A stretch of DNA of 64,000 bases from Macrostomum lignano (Eukaryota). The stretch is from assembly GCA_002269645.1 (NCBI GenBank), contig NIVC01002239.1:14837-78836 (forward strand), given 5' to 3'. The notes below the pieces were generated by a model. The model searched no databases and was not told the origin of the DNA. It saw only the letters and a list, made by a program, of their open reading frames with translations. Shown piece by piece: positions 13,782 through 23,354 of the stretch (its first letter is position 1; every line of letters starts with the position of its first letter). A program made the position numbers and the translations under genes.

Positions 13782-13992
13782 CGTGGGGCAACTTCTCCGA
13801 CGAGACAATAGAGAAACTAATGACTGACTGATGGAATGAATATTTAAGTTTGATCTATAAGTTTGTCTTCGTTTTGCAGTGCAGGAGAGAAATTCAGAAA
13901 TCACTGGCGAACCTGATTACGAATATAAAGAAGATTCGTACATTGCCTATGAGCGTATAGAAAAGGTTATAGTGTAAAGATGCTTTCGAGCT

Positions 13993-14345
13993 ATTTTTAT
14001 TAGATGCAGGGGGCTGTGTGCACCCTGGCGCACTTTAAGCGACATTGTCACACAACCGGCGTGAGGCATTGCTGCCCATTCCGCCGACTCCCCTGAGCAG
14101 GCACACAAGCGCGAATACCTACGCAGTCATACGCACAGGCACACACTCACACAGGAGTTTACAGCGGCCCTGACTTTATTATCGTTAGGCATGTACACTT
14201 CATTGTGCCTTAGAGGTTGGCCCTCAAGGCCGGTTAATTGCACGTGCAGAGCCAAGCCGAGATTCCAATTTAGCCCCAAATGAATGTGACTGCACTTGGA
14301 ATCGAGAATGGGCCGCTGGCACATCAGAGCGCCGCGGTCGTCCCC
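13993..14345 (-). mobile_element. tRNA-derived SINE, family A copy 1
   Basis: Shares body (GGGGCTGTGTGCACCCTGGCGCACTTTAAGCGAC...TGCCCATTCCGCCGACTCCCCTGAGCAGGC) and B-box region with the copies at 17.1, 26.7 and 54.9 kb. A-rich tail on the - strand. Confidence 0.8.
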
Positions 14346-15924
14346 TGCTTACGAGCTTACGAGTGTCCTGCAGTAGTAACGGAGACAACCTTCATTTTTG
14401 GTTCGACCCGAGCGTCTTTGAGCTCTAAGCTACTTTATTTGATTTCGCTGGCCAGCAACACGAAAGTATAAATCGGTTGCTTGGGTGAGAAATTAGTTTT
14501 AAAAAAGAGGAAAAAAATGTGTATTTCTGAGGGCTAGACATGCTAAATTTGGTGTCAGGGGCGGGCTGGGGGTTAGGGATGATCGCAATGTAGGTAGCGA
14601 CCTACTCAAACTGACAAGGAAGGATACAACATCATAAGTTTGAACAGCTAAATGTAGGCATTTCGGTTGTTGGTTCGTCGCAAAGGGACATTTGGCACCG
14701 CCGGAAACATTTTTTAATGTATTCATTCATTGTTAACTTCCGGTTAGCAACCAGCCCTCACAATGCTTCCAATTCCCCCGACGAGTCGGTCCGGAAAATG
14801 CTCATGGTTTGGACGAGTATCAAGGCAAATCTGAAAGTAGCTTTATGTCGGACCTGGACGGAAATTGACTGAACTGATTTATTTAGTTTAACTGAGTGGA
14901 CAGTAGTTGTCATGAAAGGGCATTCAGGACAGAATTTCCACTGCCTCCGTAATCCCATTAACTTTATCTGTATTGTTCCTAATACCTTGGTTGAACAGTT
15001 TGAAAATCTTCCAAACATACATCTACCAATGAATCAATTTAAGGACAAAATGTTCCCAGTTGTTTTACTAGATTCCTATTCCTAGCTCGAGCCTAACTAC
15101 AAATTCAAGTACCAGTGCAAGATGAAATGTACCCAGAATGTACGCAAATGTACGAATGTACCGAAGCCCACCACGGAATGAATTGCTTGAATTTACCACT
15201 CCTCTCTCTGCGTCTGATTATTTTGAAGACAGAGCAGCTATCCAGTGAAATTGTACGATTGAAGGCAGCTGAGGAAAAAACTCCTTTTGCATCAGTTGTC
15301 ATGGCAACGAGAGGGTCATAGTTGCTGGTACAACGGAAAAGTTCTTCTTTGTCGTGTTCAGAAACTCATACATGTTGTTCAAGAGCAAATACAAAATTTG
15401 AGTCTTTCGACAAACGTAGCCGAAGAAATCAGGTGAGAATGCATAGGTAGGGACACACTTTAATGTTAAAAAAGTTACAATTCATATTTCTATAGAGCCG
15501 TATCAGACTTGTTAAAGCCTCGCTGTTTGCTATCGTCCTTGAGAAACGGAGGCTGTAGAGAACTAGGCAAATACCGCTTGTAGCAGACAGGCTCACTGAC
15601 ATTGTCAGTAAATAAATGGGAAATAAATACGATTGAAGCCCTGTCGAAGCCCTTCGTCAGCATTTCGACCAAATATCGGAGCGCTCCATCAATCGATAGG
15701 CCTAGAGTTGAGATCTACGCGGCTCATGGACCTTCGGCTTCCAGGCAAATAATATCTTTTTATCTCCCATATCCTAAGTCTAAGTCTAAGAGAGTGCTTG
15801 AAAATGTGGCTAATCTTGATCTCAAGACAATCTTGATGTCTGGAACACTATCCGCCAAGCAAAATTTGTACTTGCACAGTGTAAATATATGCCAAGAGCA
15901 ACTGTGGTTGTTGATTGCATTAAA

Positions 15925-16390
15925 ACTCTCCTCTGACGGCAACGGCATCTCCGGCGGCAGCCTCAGATCGTTTGGCAGCGGCGGCGCGTTGCCTGACCGC
16001 CTGAGGGTGGCGTTGTTCCAGGCGGTGATCGAGACCGTCCTGTTGTACAACGCCGAGACCAATGCGGCACTCTATCACCGCACCGACCTGTTCCGTCCCA
16101 GCGAACTGTTGCGCCATCGGCGACTCCAGCTGGCAGGCCATCATCCGAGCCGAGACGTGCTACCCACAGCCGGTGCAGGAGGTGCTGCTGCTGACGCTGC
16201 AGACACCCTACTATCGGCGGGGACAGGTGCGCACTCGGCGCTTTGTTGACTGCCTGCTGTCTGATGCCGGCGCCCCGGACACTGCCGGCGGTGCGGCCTA
16301 CGTTCACGCCCAGGCCCTGAAACGCGACCTGTGACATTGTCCCACACTTTACTGGCTGACAACGTATTTTGTTATTATAGTTGTTGTTGT
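15925..16390 (+). mobile_element. 3' fragment of a non-LTR retrotransposon (RTE-like C-terminal region), internally deleted
   Basis: LRVALFQAVIETVLLYNAET / RHRRLQLAGH(fs)IIRAE resembles LINE post-RT motifs (VLLYG.E.W ... RRLR.AGH), followed by a (TTG)n-like tail. Family recognition from recall only. Confidence 0.6.
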
Positions 16391-16698
16391 TGAGAGCATT
16401 GTAATTCAGGTTTATCTCGCTCGTGACCTTGCAAAGAAAGGTCTGACAGACAATTTGTGTTGATTCCAGCCTCTTTTTGGCCTTGTTTCTCAAGTAGCAT
16501 CCGTACTTTAACGGCTATAGTCACATTGTTTGAAGAAGGCAAGCAGGAGTGACAGCAAAGAGAGACCCAATGAGATCCCTTCAGACAGTGTAAGTGGGCC
16601 GCATCCTTGAAGCAGATAGTTATTCACGAAATAGTTTCTCCAACACCTTGGCTGCCAGCCAGAACTGAACAGAATATAGCGAACTGTGACTCACTAGC

Positions 16699-18371
16699 AT
16701 GCTGTGGGCTGCACTATCAAGCTTCATCGCTCTCTTGCTCTGCCGTGCCGCAGCGGCAGCGGCTGCCTCGGCTTCTCCAGACGAGGCCTTGGAATTGGCG
16801 CTGAAACTGAAATCCGCCTACAACAAGGACGCCAGGCCGCCACCTGACAACGGTTCGGCAAACTTGGTGACCGTCTTTTTCAACCTGAATAATTTGGTTC
16901 GAGTGGTGAGCCTCCAATTTTAATGTGTTTGTGAGCCGATATCATTGCTCTGAGCATGCAGTCTAGCTTGGATCTTTCCAACCCGCAGGACTCGGCAGCG
17001 CAGGAGATCATGCTGCAGGTCTGGTTCAGCCTGGTGAGACTTCTTGTTATTCGATGCGCAGCAATCTCGTAATAAAGTCGAAAAATGTCTTATTAAGATT
17101 TGGGGGCCGTAGCCTAGTGGGTCTAGCGCGGTGCTCTTATGTGCCAGCGGCCCAGGCTCGATTCCTGTGCGTATGAATGCGAACGTATCCGCGCGCTTGT
17201 GTGCCAAGGATCACTGTAGTGTACAGGACGAAAAATTCAAAGATTGCGTAATTTTAGGGGGTGCTACAGTGGTCCTTGTTGTGTGCCTGCTCAGAGGAGT
17301 CGGCGGAATGGGCAGTAATGCCTCTCGCCGGTTGTGTGACAATGTTCACCTGAAGTGCGCCAGGGTGCACACAGCCCCGAGTCCCTGCCTCTAACTAAAA
17401 AACTAAACTTATAAAGATTTCATCTACGTCGGATGATACGCGACCATTTCATAGGTTAAGTGTATTAAAGCTCACAGCAGTAAAATTTACCAACACACAA
17501 ATGTCTCAAGCAACTAGCATTTTTAAAGAAACAACGAGGCTTTGGATGGACGCCTATCTGCAACTGTCAAGTATTTACGCTTTTTTCCTTCCCAGTTTTC
17601 CACAATATCCGAATCTGCATGATAAGAGTTAAAAAGTAACAAATACAAGAGTTAAGACACTCATAGATAGCAACAACCTTCTAACTAAGAGACGATACTT
17701 GGGTAAGTGCATTAGCGCTTCCAGCGTATGTAAAAACTATCGATTTTTTCGAATAAATATCTCATGAAAGACAATTCAATGGGTTTGCATGGCATCACGG
17801 AAGCTTGTTTACGTACTCGTACGTGCCAACACTATTCCCTGCAGTACTGGTTTGACAGCCGCTTGGCCTGGAAAGGAAAATTCAACTCCAGCTTTGACAA
17901 CGTGAGCTCCATTTTCGTGCCAGCCGACCTGCTCTGGCAACCCGACGTGGCCTTTTATGACCTGTAAGTTCGTCCGTACGAACGATTGATGGCACTGATA
18001 AAGGTAGAGAAGTCACTTGTAGATCACAGACACTATAGTACCTGGATAGGCCACTCAGTACATTTGAGTATAAACTTTGAGTTGAGTATGAGATAATTAG
18101 AAGCACTTAAATGTAGTTTAGGTCAAGACTCACCCCTAGCCTCTCTCAATCTTCCGACCGCGTCTTTACACGCTTATTTACGTTTTCATTTTTTTGTCAT
18201 TTTACGATATCTTTTATTTTCTATGCTTCCTAAATATAAGATATATAATATATAGTATAATTGATTACACCTGCCACAATAGGCAGATGTGCAACTGACT
18301 GCTCAGCTATTTTCAGTCATTGCTATCTGAAGGCGCGTACGGCTATTCAGTCCAAGGAAATGGGAGGGTCG

Positions 18372-18416
<45 letters not shown>

Positions 18417-20594
18417 AATAATCAGAAAGGACTTTCTTAAGCTCATTAGCATCGTAATGAACAATGCATTCTAGTCTGGACCTGCGTCGAACATCCAGCG
18501 AAAAGATCGTGTTGGTTGTCAAAAGCGACGGCCTGGTGCAGTACACATCGGAGCTGCTCACCCATTCCAAGTGCGAAATGAATATGGCTGAGTTTCCTTA
18601 CGACACGCAGAGCTGTCACCAGCGGGTGTCCTCGGTGGTGCACACGAACGAGACAATCGCGTTGCGCATTAGGGAATCGAAACCCGGGGACTCGCTGACG
18701 GACTTTCTGGTCAAAAATATCGACTTCTGCATTGTGAATGTCAGTACTGCTAAGTCCATTGACGTGATCTACGATTTTGTGGAGCTCCGTGTTGATATCA
18801 AGGTTCGGTCCCAGTTAGAGGTTACATTTGCCCATGAATGCTTGTTTGATGCGGTCCGTTGGTGATAGATGTCTTTAATGGTGGATGTCTTTGTGATGGA
18901 TGTCTTTGTGATGGATGTCTTTGTGATGGATGTCTCTGTGATGGATGTCTCTGTGATGGATGTCCTTGTGATGGATGTCCTTGTGATGGATGTCTTTGTG
19001 ATGGATGTCTTTGTGATGGATGTCTTTGTGATGGATGTCTTTGTGATGGATGTCTCTGTGATGGATGTCTTTGTGATGGATGTCTTTGATGCATGGATGC
19101 CTTTGTGATGGATTTCTTTGATGCATGGATGCCTTTGTGATGGATGTCTCTGTGATGGATGTCTTTGTGATGGATTTCTTTGATGCATAACAAGAGGCTG
19201 ATGGAGTGATCATGCATGCAGATATTTAGATAGCATAGCACTGTACTAGAGCATCTGTGGGCTAGCGAAAAGATGTCACATAATGTAGGACTTACTGAGA
19301 ATTCCAGAATTTTCCATATCTAGCTCAAGGTTAAAATTTTAATGAGAATAATTTTGCATTCATTCTTAACTCCCGAAAATTATTGACAGCGGAAAACTAC
19401 GTTCTACATGATGAACCTAATTCTGCCCAGCTTCCTACTGCTCGCCATCTCAACTCTGGCCTTCTGTCTCCCACCGGAATGTGGAGAGAGATTGTCCCTG
19501 AGCATCACCATCGTGCTGTCCATGTGCGTGTTTCTGCAGCTGACTGGAAACTTCACGCCAACACAGGGAGACTCGGTGCCTCTTCTAAGTGAGTTCTTCG
19601 TTTTGCCGCAGTAGAAATGTGTCAAGTGTCATGGGGCTCATGGAGGGCTCATAGGGCAGTTGCTAAGATTTCAAAGGCTCATAGGGAACTGCAGGAATTC
19701 TTGGGCTCATGGAGAATCGATGAAATGCCACGGTTCATGGGGGGAATTGCTGAAATTCTGTGGCTCATGTGTTCAGATGCTTTGAGCCAAAGCCCATAGG
19801 GGATCTGATCTTTTAGGCTAGATATTCAGGGCGGATGCTTTTTTGGTTCTAACATCATTTTCCTTAAAAGATTGACAATAGTGACTGTACAAGGTTAAAA
19901 GCCACACGTAGTTTATTCAAAAAAAGATTCTTTCCTTTGTTGCCTCCCCAACGGGGGGGGGGCAGACGAAATTGCTAGTTGCAGTCTAAATCTTCTTAAA
20001 GAACAGCAGCAGAAAGTGTGTTGCTATTAGAAGAAATTGCTTGCAACATTGCAGCCTGGTACTTCAGCCTCGCGGTGCTTCTGACCATGGCTAACCTGGT
20101 TGCCAATGCCTTCGTTCTGAGCTGCCACTTTGAGCAGTTTTCTGAGAACGCTCGAGTCCCCGGCAGTCTCACTCGGCTGCTGTTTCTCAATAGGCTCTTC
20201 TGCGGCCATCCGTCTCGTCGAGAATCTCCGTCGGCACGAAATTCCAATGTGGTGATCGAGCCAACTGCTGCTGAAGTGCGTGACCAACAATCATTTACTG
20301 TGGATTGTTGATTAGCTTTTGCACAGGTGCATGCATTCACATATTTCATTCCAACTCTAGAACACGTCCTCCGACGGAACAGAACTTCGCGTCATCTCTC
20401 GGTTAGGAAAAGCCGAATCTGAAACAACGATGCAACCCCCAAGTTTCAAAAGTGACTGGAGCGCCGTTGTGACCGCCGCTGACCGCTGCTTTTTTGCCTT
20501 CTTCTTCTCGTTGACAATGTCGCTAGCGCTGGCGATTGCGATTCTGGATGCCATGAACTCCAAGACCAGCTGCATCGTGGGCAAGAATAATTAA
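16699..20594 (+). CDS. LGIC2: apparently intact nAChR-like Cys-loop subunit, ~442 aa, 7 exons (16699-16905, 16989-17033, 17845-17963, 18475-18802, 19390-19588, 20055-20251, 20361-20594)
   Basis: Signal peptide, YNKDARP, WFDSRLAW, WQPDV, CEMNMAEFPYDTQSC, LPPECGERLSLSITIVLSMCVFLQ, M4 DWSAVVTAADRCFF. Exons 2-5 are 45/119/328/199 bp as in LGIC1. The exon-6 donor (GTGATC) is the least certain boundary. Confidence 0.9.
17102..17410 (+). mobile_element. tRNA-derived SINE, family A copy 2 (internally deleted, interrupted by a micro-MITE), in LGIC2 intron 2
   Basis: Head GGGGCCGTAGCCTAGTGG (A box) ... GGCTCGATTCC (B box). Body matches the other copies. A-rich tail. Confidence 0.85.
17205..17278. mobile_element. 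74-bp micro-MITE with 15-bp TIRs and 8-bp target-site duplication (hAT- or P-like)
   Basis: TIR CAAGGATCACTGTAG / CTACAGTGGTCCTTG (14/15). TTGTGTGC is duplicated at 17197-17204 and 17279-17286, whereas the other SINE copies carry a single copy of this site. Confidence 0.88.
18262..18410 (-). mobile_element. Degenerate 3' fragment of SINE family B
   Basis: TTGATTACACCTGC...ATCTGAAGGC.CGTACGG...CACACAC resembles 50343-50430. Confidence 0.45.
18866..19186. repeat. 15-bp minisatellite (GATGGATGTCTTTGT)n in LGIC2 intron 4
   Basis: Direct reading. Confidence 0.95.
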
Positions 20595-21408
20595 GAAACT
20601 ATGGTTCTTGCTAACAAATAGTTTGTTGACTGTCCTCTGAGTCCAGGGTTACTGTCGAATTCAATCAAGGATGTTGATTGAATGGTAATAGTTTCTGCCT
20701 AAATAATAAGTCCGGCTCCGGGAATAAAAAAGCCACTTTTTGACTCGACAGCTTTGAAAATGTCTTGGCTAAACATTCTGCTCATTTTTCAGACAGATTA
20801 CCGCATCAGATATTCTTATCAGTGAAAAGCTCTAAAGTATGATTTTCAAAAGACTGTTGAAGTCGCAGTTAGTAGTAGACGTGTGGTTTTGCACACTTTG
20901 TTCTTTCTACTGAAGCCGAGAGCATAGAGTAGAGCGTAACCATGGAAATGGACTTGCTAAACATGTTAGATGGACACTCTATGTGATAGGAGCAGAGAGA
21001 GAAGATCAATATTTGAACACTCAAAAGCCTGGAAAACAGTTTCTCTTTTCATACATGCAGTTATGTTGGCCTCACGCCAATAGTTGGCTTGATCGATACG
21101 TGGGTCAGGTTTCTCGCGTGAGCACTATACGATAAGCAGAGCCGTGAATAAAATAGAGTCCCAGCCATTGTCTTTCACTCCTGGCTAATTCTCGCTCAGC
21201 GCGTTAAATTGATTTGTTTCTGCTAGAATTGATCTTAATTTAATTGAGACCCAATTGGCTACTAGTGCTCTTAACCTTGCAACATCGACGGGAAAAGCCT
21301 ATCACGATCGGGTCTAAGTTGACAGGAAAGATGCATAGAACGAGTGACGTTAAACCCAGAGTGTCTACACAAACATACGCTCGTAGCAGCTCAGTCAGAC
21401 TGAAAACA

Positions 21409-22962
21409 ATGTCATACCAGACTCCCCAAGGCTTCATCGTTGCCATTCTGTACTTTGTATCCTTCACTGCCGCTGAGACCTCGCCTGACGAAGCTCTGTC
21501 ATTGGCACTGGGCTTGAAGACCAGCTACAACAAGGACGCGCGTCCTCCGCCCGATGCTGGCTCAGCGAATCAAATCGGCGTTTTCTTTAACCTGAACAGC
21601 CTCGCCAGAGTGGTGAGACTGATCGTTTTTAATCGTCCTTCATCGGCATAATTGGTTATAGCTACCTGTAGTTACAGCCAAAAATCAAGGCACACCCCAT
21701 GGGGTACATCAGCCCCGATTTACTCATTGGCAAGCATGCATAGCACACTCTGCGCCTTGGATGCTGTGAATCGCACGACAGGCTCCTGCAGGCCAATTTT
21801 TCTGTACGGACCGCAAATGATCGCGCGACTGTCTGTAAGACACAACAAAATTGTATCCAAGACCATTGATGACCGATTTTACTGCCCACAGAACTCAGCG
21901 ACAGGGGAGATGACTCTGCAAGTCTGGTTTAATTTGGTATGACTAATTTGCAATTAATAAGTTTCTGTTAAACTTTCCCACCCCGAAGTTGCAGCAGACG
22001 TACACATAAAGTGGCCAAGGTAAACTCAACAATTCTGGGTAATTAGAGAAAATTGGAATAAATGCTCCTCTAGTTTGGAGTTCCGACGGACCTCCAGCGA
22101 CAACATTGTTCTAGTTGTCGAAAACAACGGCTGGGTGTCACACACTGCGGAGTTTCTGACCCAGTCCAAGTGCGCAATGAATATGGCTAGCTTTCCCTAC
22201 GACACGCAGAGCTGTCGACAGCTCGTGTCCTCAGTGGTGCACTCAAATGACACCGTTAAGCTGTTCATTCGTCCAACAAAATCAGCGGACTCGCTGACAA
22301 CCTACCTGGATAGGAACAATGATTTCTGCATTGTCAACGTCAGCACAGCCAAGTCAGTAGATGTGCAATACGAATATGTTGAGCTCCGCGTTGCTATGAA
22401 GGTTTTGTGCTCAGGTTCTTCTCGATTGGTATTTTATGCTGACATTAGATTGTCAATACAATCATATCATATACAATCATATATGTTTCTCAATGGATTC
22501 GTCTGCGGGCGCCGATTTCGTCGAGAGCCGTCCGGAAGTCAAACTTTTGACAGTGTCGCGCAACGAAGCTCCATCGGAGTAAGTGTTCGTTTACTGCTAG
22601 TGCCGCTCTATCAGGAGAAGCAAAATCAAATACGCTCATATGTCACGGTCCCACAGGTCAGTGATGCTGACAGCAAAGAAATGAGCGATATCTCGTCGCG
22701 ACGAACCGTCAACTTCGACTCGCAGTTGGAGCAGCCTTCGCGTTGCCGGGCCACTGATGTCAACAGCTGGAGCGCTGTCGTGGCCACTGCTGAACGCTGC
22801 TTTTTCGCGATCTTTTTCGGCCTGACGCTGGCTTTGGCGCTGACGCTGGCGATCCTGGGGAGGCAGCGAACTCCCAGACCGTCTGCATCACTGGCAGAGA
22901 GAAGTAGCCGGCCAAGGGACGTCTGGGTTTCTAAAATGCAGTGTCTGATAAAACTGGAGTAG
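21409..22962 (+). pseudogene. LGIC3: Cys-loop pseudogene lacking exon 3 and M1-M3 (exons 21409-21612, 21892-21936, 22074-22401, remnant ~22483-22578, 22657-22907/22962)
   Basis: Exon 1 (YNKDARP), the 45-bp exon, the 328-bp Cys-loop exon (CAMNMASFPYDTQSC), the post-M3 FLNGF remnant and M4 (SWSAVVATAERCFF) are present. No WxDxRLxW/WQPD exon and no GER-M2 exon lie between them. A frameshift near 22858 hides the ancestral tail EAANSQTVCITGREK*. Confidence 0.85.
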
Positions 22963-23354
22963 AAAAAGGTCGCACGTGTAAAATTAGATGCTTAATAAAC
23001 TTAAAAATCAAGAGATTCTGCTATGAGTAGCGTGTCTGTCTGACAGTTAAAAATAGTTTCTTGAGTTTAGCTAATAATATATCTTTGGTGACATACTTCT
23101 CATACTTTTTGTGGCAGCCATAGGCCTCCAGCTGCCCCATCAAAATGCTTTAATTTTTAATACGCACTCCACAACAAAACCTAATGCGAGTGAGCAACCC
23201 TCTGTGCAATTAGTGGTCCGTAACTATTTTGTCAATTACGCAAATGGGCTTTGAGCAACGTAGAGGTAATAAAACCTACTTAGCTTCTCCGCAGCCTAAC
23301 TACCTGCAAACTCTATTTGTCAGAAATTCAATAAATAGTCTGAACTCTTTTTAT

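Noticed and set aside
17102-17165. Possible tRNA genes at SINE heads (also 26950-27014)
   Set aside because: A and B boxes are present, but there is no complete cloverleaf or acceptor stem and they continue into the SINE body.
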